The notes under the pieces: generated by a model
The model's input: only the letters and a program-made list of their open reading frames with translations
What the model was told of the DNA's origin: nothing
Database searches by the model: none
Program-made: the position numbers and the translations under genes
Assembly: GCA_045535775.1 (NCBI GenBank)
Contig: JAZSMG010000253.1
Span: forward strand, 1-44,601
Direction of reading: 5' to 3'
Length of the DNA: 44,601 nt
Source of the DNA: Christensenellaceae bacterium
GTDB lineage: Bacteria; Bacillota; Clostridia; Christensenellales; Borkfalkiaceae
Shown here: piece after piece, positions 31,027 through 39,019 of the stretch
Numbering within the stretch: position 1 is the first letter of the stretch
Layout of the letters: the number at the start of each line of letters is the position of its first letter

Positions 31027-32430
31027 TTAAATAAGTAGCATTAGAGCAAAACCGTAATATACCGTTATTGCTATAAGGTCATTTAAGGTAGTAATTAAAG
31101 GGCCGGATGCAACCGCAGGGTCAACCTTTAATTTGTTTAAGGTAATGGGAATAAGAGCGCCCGTTAAAGAAGCAACCGTGGTAGAAATTAACATTGCTAG
31201 GCCCACGGCAAATCCCGTTTGTAAATCTGTTGTAAACGAGCCTGTTGCGCTGGTTAAGTATGCGTAAAGGGTAACTGCGGTAAATGAAATAAGCCCTGTG
31301 ATTAAGCCTATAAATAAGCCTACCTTTACTTCGTTAAATAAAAACTCGCGCTGTTTTTTGCCGTCGTCTGAATAATCGGAAAGCAGGTTGACCGCAGAAG
31401 CCAGCGTTTGGGTGCCTGTGTTACCACTCATACCTGAAACAAGCTGTTGGAAGCTTACTAAGAAAGGCAAGCCAATAACAACCGCTTCAAAAATGCCAAT
31501 ATACATACCTATAAAAAGGTCCAAAACAAGCAACACAACAAGCCAAGGCAATCTTTTTAACGCGCCGGAAAAAATCTGTTTTCTTTCAAGCGCTTCCTCT
31601 AAATCCTCTTCTGTAAGACCAACTAGTTTTGCATAGTCTTCCGTTAACTCTTCATCTAACGCTTCTAAGGTGTCTGCACTGGTAAGTGCGCCTATAAGGC
31701 GATTATCGTTATCTAAAATGGGTAAAGTGGGCTCTGAATACTCTCTTACGTCCCACACACTTTCCTCTACCGTTGCACTTGCGTATAGGAAAGGAAAGGA
31801 TTTTATTATAATCTCTTCTAACGGTGTATCTGCACGTGCAATAACTAAATCTCTTAATCTAATTGCACCCAAGTAGATGCCGTTTTCATCGGTAACGAAT
31901 ATTGTGGAAATGTTATCCATTTCGCCTGCTTGGTGAATAACACTGCGCGTTGCTTTTTTAACGGTGAGGGTGTTTTGTATACTAACGAAGTCGTTTGTCA
32001 TACGGCTACCGATTAGCTCGTCCGGGTAAGCGGAAATAAGCTCAACCTCTTTTGCAACCTCTTCGTCCAAAAGCTCTATAACTTCTTTTTGCTTTTCTTC
32101 ATCTAAGTCCTCTAAGATGTCAACCGCATCGTCAGAGTCCATTTCCTCAATAATATCCGCCACGCGCTCGTTAGAAAGTTCTTCTATAAAGTCCGCAGGG
32201 TTTTCTAGGTGGGTGAATATATCAGAAAGGCGCTCGTCGCTTAACGCCTTGTAAAGAATAAGCCTTTGCTTTTTATCTAAAAGGGGAATAGCGCGCGCAA
32301 TATCGTAATCGTGGTAATCGTAAAGAAGCTCTGCAATTTCGCTTTGCTTTGCGCTTTGAATAATTGCTATAATTTCCGCAATAAAATCGGGTGATTTAAT
32401 TTCTAATTCTTCATTAAAATCCTTATTCAC
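31027..32430 (-). CDS. mgtE: magnesium transporter MgtE (paralogue 2, GTG start)
   Basis: Same architecture as paralogue 1. The segment VADIIEEMDS.DAVD.LE.LDEEKQKEVIELLDEEVAK is near-identical between them. A GGAGGA RBS is present. Confidence 0.9.
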   Translation of the reverse strand: MNKDFNEELEIKSPDFIAEIIAIIQSAKQSEIAELLYDYHDYDIARAIPLLDKKQRLILYKALSDERLSDIFTHLENPADFIEELSNERVADIIEEMDSDDAVDILEDLDEEKQKEVIELLDEEVAKEVELISAYPDELIGSRMTNDFVSIQNTLTVKKATRSVIHQAGEMDNISTIFVTDENGIYLGAIRLRDLVIARADTPLEEIIIKSFPFLYASATVEESVWDVREYSEPTLPILDNDNRLIGALTSADTLEALDEELTEDYAKLVGLTEEDLEEALERKQIFSGALKRLPWLVVLLVLDLFIGMYIGIFEAVVIGLPFLVSFQQLVSGMSGNTGTQTLASAVNLLSDYSDDGKKQREFLFNEVKVGLFIGLITGLISFTAVTLYAYLTSATGSFTTDLQTGFAVGLAMLISTTVASLTGALIPITLNKLKVDPAVASGPLITTLNDLIAITVYYGFALMLLI

Positions 32431-32505
32431 GCTAAATCCTCCTTGTTTTGATGCAAGCCGACGGCTTGATGATATACAACCTTGCGGTTGGTGATACTAA
32501 TTATA
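32431..32505 (-). promoter_or_regulatory. conserved mgtE leader (copy 2) with putative -10 TATAAT
   Basis: The minus strand reads TATAAT-tagtat-CACCAACCGCAAGGTTGTATATCATCA-AGCCGTCGGCTT-GCATCAAAACAAGGAGG. Confidence 0.6.
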
Positions 32506-32518
32506 TGCTTAATAGCCA

Positions 32519-32550
32519 ATAAAAAAAGCATCCGCAAAAAACGGATGCTT
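32519..32550 (-). terminator. rho-independent terminator
   Basis: Stem AAGCATCCG / CGGATGCTT, with T7 following on the minus strand. Confidence 0.8.
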
Positions 32551-32763
32551 AAAAAACACTATAATACACAGCGCCCAAAAATATGGGTGCAATTGCAATT
32601 TATAATGAAAATAATTCCGTTTAAAATAAATATATTCTGTTTTTAAAATTTAATTTTGTTACTGCGTTAAAGAAATTAAAACTTTCCGCAGGGGGCTCTG
32701 TTGAGTTTTTCATAACGTATTTGCTATCCTTTGTGAATGATTGAAAGGTTATTAAAGTAAATG

Positions 32764-33786
32764 TTAGTATTTATGTGTGAAAGATTTTAAAGTATAAACC
32801 AAATTACCTGCAGAAAAGGCAAGCTGACTTTGCATTTTTACTAAAATTCTGCGGTAAGTTGCTTGGTCAACCGTATAGTATAGGTCAATGCTACTGCCAG
32901 AGAAGGTATTTGCAATAGAAAGCTTAACGTTGTAAACGGTAAGTTCAGTTTCATCTGGAGTTTGACCGGTGGGAACGGTAAACTTTTGAAGCTTTACCGT
33001 TGAAGTGGGGTTGGTTGAATCAAGTGATAAATACATTTTTTGTATCTTGTTATCCAATGCGCTCAACGTGTAAAAATAAGAGCTAAAGCCGTTTTCACCA
33101 AGGTCGGAAGCGCGTGGGATAAAGAATAGACTTTCGTTATCGAAGAAAATACCTTCCTTTGCGTAATCTTCAATTTTAACACCCTCTTTATTGGGAACCT
33201 TAAAGCCTTCGGTTGCCTTTTCACCGCAAGTAAGGTCAATAATAGCACTGCCTTCTTCGCGGTTATACGTGGTTTTAAGTGTATATTCCATCGTGCCGAA
33301 CGAAGCGTTTCCACCTAAAGAGGTTGCAATACTGGGCACGGTAGAAAGTAAATATTTTTCGCTGTATAATGGGGTAAGATTATCTGCAATACCAAGGAAG
33401 TAAACGGCAGAAGTAGCCACGTCGTTAACGGTTGCTCTGACGTCTGTTGTGTAAACGTATTCACCGGTCAAAGAAAGGCTTGTAGAGAACTTATAGCAGG
33501 CAGTTCCTTGGTAGCTTGACTTTTCTAAGCGAGTAGTTAACGTGCCACTAATATCTGCAGTTAAGTAGTTATTAGAAGTATCTTCCGGAACTATAGGTTC
33601 AAAGCTAATTTCGTAAACACATTCTTCAAGCACGTCACCAACGCCGGTTTCATCAAGGTTCTTTAGCCAATTGGATTTATGAACCAAATTAGTGCTTACC
33701 GCAGGCTGACCGCTGCCAAAGCATGCAGATGAAAATAGTGTTGTTAAAGTTAGAATAAAAATTAAAGCGCTTTTAAAAAATTTCAT
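32764..33786 (-). CDS. hypothetical lipoprotein
   Basis: The signal peptide has a lipobox (FSSAC). I recognise no family. Confidence 0.65.
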   Translation of the reverse strand: MKFFKSALIFILTLTTLFSSACFGSGQPAVSTNLVHKSNWLKNLDETGVGDVLEECVYEISFEPIVPEDTSNNYLTADISGTLTTRLEKSSYQGTACYKFSTSLSLTGEYVYTTDVRATVNDVATSAVYFLGIADNLTPLYSEKYLLSTVPSIATSLGGNASFGTMEYTLKTTYNREEGSAIIDLTCGEKATEGFKVPNKEGVKIEDYAKEGIFFDNESLFFIPRASDLGENGFSSYFYTLSALDNKIQKMYLSLDSTNPTSTVKLQKFTVPTGQTPDETELTVYNVKLSIANTFSGSSIDLYYTVDQATYRRILVKMQSQLAFSAGNLVYTLKSFTHKY

Positions 33787-33918
33787 TTATTCACCAATAG
33801 ATAAGTTTATTTACAGTAATTTCTATTTAATTATAGCAGTATTTTTTTTAAAGTGCAACCTTTTTTATAAATTGCAGTAAATAAAATAAAATTTAATTAA
33901 AAAATTACCTCAAAAGTA

Positions 33919-33947
33919 TTGAAAAAATTGGCGTTTTATAGTATACT
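33919..33947 (+). promoter_or_regulatory. sigma-A-type promoter
   Basis: TTGAAA, a 17 nt spacer, then TATACT. It lies about 130 nt upstream of the ATG at 34079. Confidence 0.45.
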
Positions 33948-34078
33948 TATATGCAAGAAATACTTTACTAAATAGACTCTTTGGTTTAATTGCCTTAAAA
34001 TTAGCTTTTAACCGTTGCATATTAGAAAGGAATTTTTTTAATCCCTCCTTATTCTTAAAGATATCGATTGGAGAAAAA

Positions 34079-34810
34079 ATGTCAGAAGAAAAAAGAAAAA
34101 AAGGCATAAAGCCCGGTCAAAGAAGAACGTGGTTTAAGTGCGTAAAAGCCATTTTAAAATTATTCATAAAAAAACCACGCTTCGTATTCCTTGGGGAGGA
34201 ATTTGTTGACTGTTGCTTGGTTTTAAGCAATCACGTTGGGGCAAGCGCGCCTTTAACGCTGGAATGCCATTTTCCAAAGCCCTTTAGATTTTGGGGTACT
34301 TACGAAATGAACTCTTCCTTAAAGGAAGTTTACAAGTATTTATCAGAAATTTATTTTCACCAAAAAAAGCATTGGAAGCTATTCTGGTCAAAGCTGTTTT
34401 GTATAATTGCCGCGCCCGTGGCTTATTTATTTTATCGCGGGCTAACCCTTATTTCTACCTATCGCGATCACAGGTTTAGAAATACTTTAAAAGAAAGCAT
34501 CAGAACAATAGAAGCAGGCGCAAGCTTGGTCATCTTCCCGGAAGATTCTTCAAAGGGTTACTTCAGTACCATAACCGGCTTCTTTTCCGGTTTTGTTACC
34601 TTGGCGCACGTATGCTATAAAAAAGGCTATGATCTTCCCATTTACTTAAGCTATTTACGTAAAAAAGATAAGGTGTATATCGTAGATAAGCCAATCCGTT
34701 ATAGTGAGCTTATGGAAAGCGGGTTAGATAAATACCAAATTGCAGAAGAGCTTCGCCAAAAATGCAACGCGTTAGGCGAAATGGAAATTCCTGCAGAAGT
34801 TGCCAAATAG
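34079..34810 (+). CDS. acyltransferase-like protein (LPLAT/PlsC-like, HX4D not intact)
   Basis: LSNHVGASAP occupies the position of NHxxxxD, with Ala where Asp is expected. VIFPEDSSKG resembles the FPEGT block. A GGAGA RBS is present. Confidence 0.5.
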   Translation: MSEEKRKKGIKPGQRRTWFKCVKAILKLFIKKPRFVFLGEEFVDCCLVLSNHVGASAPLTLECHFPKPFRFWGTYEMNSSLKEVYKYLSEIYFHQKKHWKLFWSKLFCIIAAPVAYLFYRGLTLISTYRDHRFRNTLKESIRTIEAGASLVIFPEDSSKGYFSTITGFFSGFVTLAHVCYKKGYDLPIYLSYLRKKDKVYIVDKPIRYSELMESGLDKYQIAEELRQKCNALGEMEIPAEVAK

Positions 34811-34820
34811 GTCGATTAAC
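34805..34820 (-). repeat. motif copy (minus strand reads GTTAATCGACCTATTT) spanning a stop codon
   Basis: The plus strand reads AAATAGGTCGATTAAC and covers the TAG at 34808-34810. Confidence 0.6.
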
Positions 34821-34861
34821 GGCTAGTTTGTTGTAAAAATAAACGCAAATTAAATATCAAT

Positions 34862-34900
34862 AAAAGCGATTTTAGTAAAAACTATTATCGCTTTTTTATT
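34862..34900 (+). terminator. rho-independent terminator
   Basis: Stem AAAAGCGAT / ATCGCTTTT followed by TTATTTT. Confidence 0.65.
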
Positions 34901-34905
34901 TTGCT

Positions 34906-34984
34906 CCGTTACAACAAGTGGTTGATAAAAAGTATTTTTAATTATAAAAAAACAACCGTTGTTCGCGCCATCGCCTTTTACTTT
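34906..34984 (+). repeat. long-form hairpin repeat, copy B
   Basis: Reads TCCGTTACAACAAGTGGTTGATAAA...AACAACCGTTGTTCGCGCCATCGCCTTTTAC. Confidence 0.7.
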
Positions 34985-35125
34985 AAAAGGTGGAAGTAGT
35001 TAAATAAAATTAGGCAAAAGGGTAAAAAGTGTTAATTATTTTTAAAAATTTACTTAATATTATTGTGTATATTTTAAGTTTATGTTAAAATAGCGGTATA
35101 AACGCAAATCAAGAAGGGGAAAAAT

Positions 35126-36385
35126 ATGAAGATTAAGCGTAAAAAGGCAAGCTATCAAGAAGTGCTAAAAATGCCAAAGGCAAAACACTTTAATCCAAGA
35201 AAGCCCAGCTTTTTATTTTCTACAATAGTGCGATTGCTTGCTATCGGTGACCTTACTAAAACTAAGTTTACTTATACGACTGAGCGCGCAGAGCTCTTAA
35301 AGCAAGGGCCGTGCTTAATTTTAATGAATCATTCCAGCTTTATAGACCTGCAAATGATTTCTAAAATTATGTACCCCAAAAGATACAATATCGTTTGCAC
35401 GTCAGACGGGTTCGTTGGTAAAAAGTGGCTAATGCGACTTCTTGGCTGTATTCCCACTAAAAAGTTCGTTACAGATTTGACGTTAATTAAAGATATTAGC
35501 TACGCCTTAAAAAAGGGAACGCACGTGCTAATGTATCCCGAGGCAAGCTATAGCTTTGACGGTTGCGCCACCCCATTACCGCAAAAGATGGGCGCGCTTA
35601 TAAAGCTACTTAAAGTTCCCGTTGTAACGGTTATTACAAAAGGCGCGTTTGCTTACGATCCGCTGTATAACTGCTTGCAAAAAAGAAGGGTTAAAACAAG
35701 CGCTCACGTTAAAGGGCTTTTTACTAAGGAAGAGGTACAAAGCCTTTCTGCAGAAGAGCTGTCTAAGCGTTTAGAAGAGCAGTTTACCTTTGATAATTTT
35801 AAATGGCAACAGCAAGAAGGCGTAAAGATAAAAGAGCCCTTCCGCGCGGATGGATTGCACCGCATATTATATAAATGCCCCCATTGTAATAGCGAAGGAA
35901 AAATGGAGGGAAAGGGCGTAAATTTAACCTGTTCTGCATGCGGTAAGGTATATACCTTAACGGAAGAGGGTTTTATGAAGGCGGTAGACGGTAAAACGGA
36001 ATTTACTCATATTCCCGATTGGTATAATTGGGAACGCGCTAACGTAAAGCAAGAAATTTTAAAGGGCGAATATTTGCTAGATACCGAAGTTGATATAACT
36101 ATGATGGTAAACTATAAAGCGGTTTACGATATCGGCAAAGGCCACCTTATTCACAACGAAAACGGCTTTACTCTTACAGGCGCAAACGGCGAGCTAAATT
36201 ATAGCCAGCCACCCCTTGCATCTTACAGCTTATACGCAGACTATTATTGGTATGAAATTGGGGACGTTATTTGCATTGGTAACAACGATTGCCTATATTA
36301 TTGCTTCCCCAAAAAACAGGGCGTGGTTTCTAAAACAAGAATGGCAACCGAAGAGCTGTTTAAATTAAATAAGCATAGCAAATAA
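35126..36385 (+). CDS. lysophospholipid acyltransferase-family protein with internal zinc ribbon and C-terminal domain
   Basis: Contains NHSSFID (HX4D), MYPEASYSFDG and CPHCNS...CSACG. An AAGGGGA RBS is present. Confidence 0.65.
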   Translation: MKIKRKKASYQEVLKMPKAKHFNPRKPSFLFSTIVRLLAIGDLTKTKFTYTTERAELLKQGPCLILMNHSSFIDLQMISKIMYPKRYNIVCTSDGFVGKKWLMRLLGCIPTKKFVTDLTLIKDISYALKKGTHVLMYPEASYSFDGCATPLPQKMGALIKLLKVPVVTVITKGAFAYDPLYNCLQKRRVKTSAHVKGLFTKEEVQSLSAEELSKRLEEQFTFDNFKWQQQEGVKIKEPFRADGLHRILYKCPHCNSEGKMEGKGVNLTCSACGKVYTLTEEGFMKAVDGKTEFTHIPDWYNWERANVKQEILKGEYLLDTEVDITMMVNYKAVYDIGKGHLIHNENGFTLTGANGELNYSQPPLASYSLYADYYWYEIGDVICIGNNDCLYYCFPKKQGVVSKTRMATEELFKLNKHSK

Positions 36386-36389
36386 AAAC

Positions 36390-36420
36390 AAAACTCTGCC
36401 TTGATTGGCAGAGTTTTTTA
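36390..36420 (+). terminator. rho-independent terminator
   Basis: Stem AAAACTCTGCC / GGCAGAGTTTT followed by TTAT. Confidence 0.85.
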
Positions 36421-36477
36421 TATACGTTATGGGTTTTTTGCTACCTTTTCGTTAAAAATTACCGTTAATTCACCCTT

Positions 36478-37503
36478 TTAAGCTAATAAATCCTTAACGA
36501 AATACGCGTTTGTATTTGCGTGCTTGCCTTCCTTATCGGTTACGGTTATACGAACGAAAATATCATCTTCTAAAACGTTAAAGCAAGCTTCGGTTAGGGG
36601 CTTATCTTCAGCGTAAAGAACTTCCGTACGGCGAACGCCACAGTTAAGTCTAATGCTTTCTGCTCCTTCGCAGGTTATATGAATTTTACCATCTTCAAAC
36701 CAAAGCTCGTTGATTTTTGGGCCTTGAGAAGCATAGAATTTACCGTTTACAAGAGCGTCCGTAATAGCGGTGTATTCAAGCTTGGGCGCTTTAATCATAG
36801 TAAATCCGCCAAAGGAATCACACTTCTTGCTATCAAAGGGATGAACGTTGTGGTTATCGTCAGTAGCGGTGCAAAAGATTTGGTTTCCTAATAGCAATAA
36901 CTCGTCGTAAATCCTTTCGTTATAATCGTTAAACCCGCCAACTAAACAGCTGTTGTTAACTATTTCCATAGCGTGCATATTCTTATAACCGCCGTATTCG
37001 TTAAGCGTTTCCATAGACCAAACGGGGTGGTTATAGGTAACGAAAAATCCGTTATCTCTTCCCACTTTCATCATTTCACTAATGCCTTCTGGGGAATAAA
37101 CGCGTTCGTAGTCTGGCGCGCTTTCGTCAAACTTAAGCTGGCTTCTAAAGCCGGGTGCGTTACCGAATAAATATTTTTCGCGGTGGTAAAGCACTTGGTT
37201 TAAATTATCCGGCTTTAACGCTATAAAGCACATATGGCAGGTTTTAATTTTTTTAAAGGGCGCGTTGGGGATAAACTCGTTAACCTCTAACTCGTAGCCG
37301 TTTAACGCTAAAAATCTTTGGTCGCAAAGGGTGGCGCGGTCAAGTAAAATATCGTGGTCTGTGTATGCAATAACGGAATAACCCCTTTTTAAGTAAGCAT
37401 CTTTTACCTGCTCGGGGGTAAGCTTTCCATCTGAATTAGTGGTGTGGCAATGTAGGTTAGCTTTGTAAAAATTACCTTCGTTTGGTAAGAGATATTTTTT
37501 CAT
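36478..37503 (-). CDS. PHP-domain phosphoesterase
   Basis: Contains NLHCHTTNSDG and AYTDHD motifs. A GGAGA RBS is present. Confidence 0.75.
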   Translation of the reverse strand: MKKYLLPNEGNFYKANLHCHTTNSDGKLTPEQVKDAYLKRGYSVIAYTDHDILLDRATLCDQRFLALNGYELEVNEFIPNAPFKKIKTCHMCFIALKPDNLNQVLYHREKYLFGNAPGFRSQLKFDESAPDYERVYSPEGISEMMKVGRDNGFFVTYNHPVWSMETLNEYGGYKNMHAMEIVNNSCLVGGFNDYNERIYDELLLLGNQIFCTATDDNHNVHPFDSKKCDSFGGFTMIKAPKLEYTAITDALVNGKFYASQGPKINELWFEDGKIHITCEGAESIRLNCGVRRTEVLYAEDKPLTEACFNVLEDDIFVRITVTDKEGKHANTNAYFVKDLLA

Positions 37504-37625
37504 TTTTTCATCTCCAAAATAAAGTTAAGCATATTATATCACTAGTAAAAGTTAAAGTCAATATTAAAGCCAAAAAAACTCGTAAATATATTTAATTTTA
37601 CTTTTAAAAGGATTACCAAAAATAA

Positions 37626-37660
37626 AAAAACCACGCTATAGCGCGGTTAATGGGGTGTTT
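37626..37660 (-). repeat. 35 nt repeat, copy 1 (contains the motif and a short terminator hairpin)
   Basis: The plus strand reads AAAAACCACGCTATAGCGCGGTTAATGGGGTGTTT. On the minus strand, CCGCGC-TATA-GCGTGG is followed by T7, immediately 3' of the XRE gene. Confidence 0.75.
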
Positions 37661-37662
37661 GC

Positions 37663-37872
37663 TTACTGTTCGCTTATTCCTGCAAGATAGTCTAAGGAAA
37701 CTTCAAAAAATTTAGCAAGGGCAATTAGGCTAGATAAAGTGGGTTCTCTTAAGCCGTTTTCCCATAAGCTAATAATTCCTTTACTAACGCCAATTTCTTT
37801 AGCTAACTGAATTTGACCTATTTTCTTTTCTATTCTTAATTCTTTTAAGCGTTCTGCAAAATTATTATTCAT
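37663..37872 (-). CDS. XRE-family helix-turn-helix transcriptional regulator
   Basis: ERLKELRIEKKIGQIQLAKEIGVSKGIISLWENG is a classic HTH_3 pattern. The start is uncertain (ATG 37872 or TTG 37884) and no clear RBS is present. Confidence 0.8.
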   Translation of the reverse strand: MNNNFAERLKELRIEKKIGQIQLAKEIGVSKGIISLWENGLREPTLSSLIALAKFFEVSLDYLAGISEQ

Positions 37873-37945
37873 ATTATAACCCAAAAAATATTATTCTCAA
37901 TTACCTAAACGATTAAGCAAAATTGATAATAAAATTATCTCACAA

Positions 37946-37989
37946 AAGTAAGAATTTTACTTGACTTCTTACTATTGTAAGAGTATAAT
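37946..37989 (+). promoter_or_regulatory. sigma-A promoter with two overlapping inverted repeats (candidate XRE operators)
   Basis: TTGACT (37961-37966), a 17 nt spacer, then TATAAT (37984-37989). TCTTAC-tatt-GTAAGA lies within the spacer, and AAGTAA-gaatt-TTACTT overlaps the -35. Confidence 0.6.
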
Positions 37990-38043
37990 AAAAGTGTTCT
38001 TCAAATAGAAGGATAATATTTTTACAAAAAAGGAGAAGAATAA

Positions 38044-38442
38044 ATGAGAAAAGGTGTAACAATTTTAATCAGTTTACTATGCATAATCATAGTATTCTTT
38101 GCAAGCTCTTGCGGTATTCCCAGCAGTTTGGGCGAAATAACTTTAAACCTTACTGAAAACGGATACGAAGAAATTGAGATTTATGAAGACGAAGAAGTTG
38201 CGGATTTGTTAGATTGCGAGGGCAAGCTTTATATACTAGAAGGATATAAGGATGGCATTTCCGAAAAATACGTTGCAATATTTTCTTTTGAAAAACGTAA
38301 TGACTTTAAAAAGGCTTGTGAAGAAATAGATGGTTTAATTGAAGAATTTTTCGGCGAGGATGACGATAAGGTTGCTTACGAAACAAAAGGTAAAATGATT
38401 ATTTTAGTAAGTAAAAAAAGTGTATTGGATGATTTAAAATAA
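38044..38442 (+). CDS. small acidic lipoprotein, uncharacterised (paralogue 1)
   Basis: An AGGAGAAG RBS and a lipobox (ASSC) are present. It resembles the next ORF: GYE.IE.Y, KYV.IF.FE...DF, and KGK..I.V....VLDD. Confidence 0.7.
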   Translation: MRKGVTILISLLCIIIVFFASSCGIPSSLGEITLNLTENGYEEIEIYEDEEVADLLDCEGKLYILEGYKDGISEKYVAIFSFEKRNDFKKACEEIDGLIEEFFGEDDDKVAYETKGKMIILVSKKSVLDDLK

Positions 38443-38457
38443 TAGGAGGTACATATA

Positions 38458-38862
38458 ATGAAAGTAAAGAAGGTTGCTATATTTGCCGTTATAGTTGTTG
38501 CTATTACTGTACTTTTAATTGTGATTTGCAGTGGCTCAAAGGTAGGAAAGTATATTGATAACTTAGTTGAAGTAGGTTATGAAATTGAAGTTTATATGCC
38601 TGATGAAGATGAAAGAGAAGAAGTTAATATGGAAGGTAAAATTGTTGCAATAAACGCTTTTAAAGCCGGAATGACAACAAATTCAGATAAATACGTAAGC
38701 ATTTTCGTATTTGAAAACAAAAGTGATTTTAATACCTTCTATGAAGATTATATTGAAGAATACGAAGAATATATTGAAGAAGGGGAAATGGTTATTAAAA
38801 AGAAGGGTAAAGCTTTAATAATCGTTAATGACGAAGACGTATTAGATGATGTACTTGGCTAA
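38458..38862 (+). CDS. small acidic membrane-anchored protein, uncharacterised (paralogue 2)
   Basis: A TAGGAGG RBS and an N-terminal TM helix are present. It is a paralogue of 38044-38442. Confidence 0.7.
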   Translation: MKVKKVAIFAVIVVAITVLLIVICSGSKVGKYIDNLVEVGYEIEVYMPDEDEREEVNMEGKIVAINAFKAGMTTNSDKYVSIFVFENKSDFNTFYEDYIEEYEEYIEEGEMVIKKKGKALIIVNDEDVLDDVLG

Positions 38863-38929
38863 TTATTTTTCACAGTTATTTAAAAATAAAAGGCAAAAAA
38901 TCTTTTAAAAAAACAAGCAAAACAAAAAA

Positions 38930-38959
38930 ATCACGCTCTTTTTCGGGCGTGATTTTTTA
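38930..38959 (+). terminator. rho-independent terminator
   Basis: Stem ATCACGC / GCGTGAT followed by TTTTTAT. Confidence 0.7.
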
Positions 38960-38984
38960 TGTGCTAAAATAAATTTATTTTTAC

Positions 38985-39019
38985 AAAAACCATGCTATAG
39001 CGCGGTTAATTGGGTGTTT
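38985..39019 (-). repeat. 35 nt repeat, copy 2
   Basis: The plus strand reads AAAAACCATGCTATAGCGCGGTTAATTGGGTGTTT, 33/35 identical to 37626-37660. It lies immediately 3' of the dehydrogenase gene. Confidence 0.75.

Noticed and set aside
30919-32505. An M-box (ykoK) Mg2+ riboswitch upstream of the mgtE genes.
   Set aside because: The leaders are only about 65 nt and contain two small hairpins. I cannot see the three-helix M-box architecture or its conserved loops. This still needs cmscan confirmation.
32621-32713. A 30 aa minus-strand ORF (MKNSTEPPAESFNFFNAVTKLNFKNRIYLF) in the ~210 nt gap between the lipoprotein stop and its terminator.
   Set aside because: The RBS spacing is poor, the composition is AT-driven, and there is no support beyond being open. 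The untranslated gap itself remains unexplained.
36464-36482. GTTAATTCACCCTTTTAAG as a further motif copy overlapping the PHP gene stop. Weak look-alikes also occur at 17690-17702 and 205-240.
   Set aside because: They are too diverged to count without a genome-wide PWM threshold.
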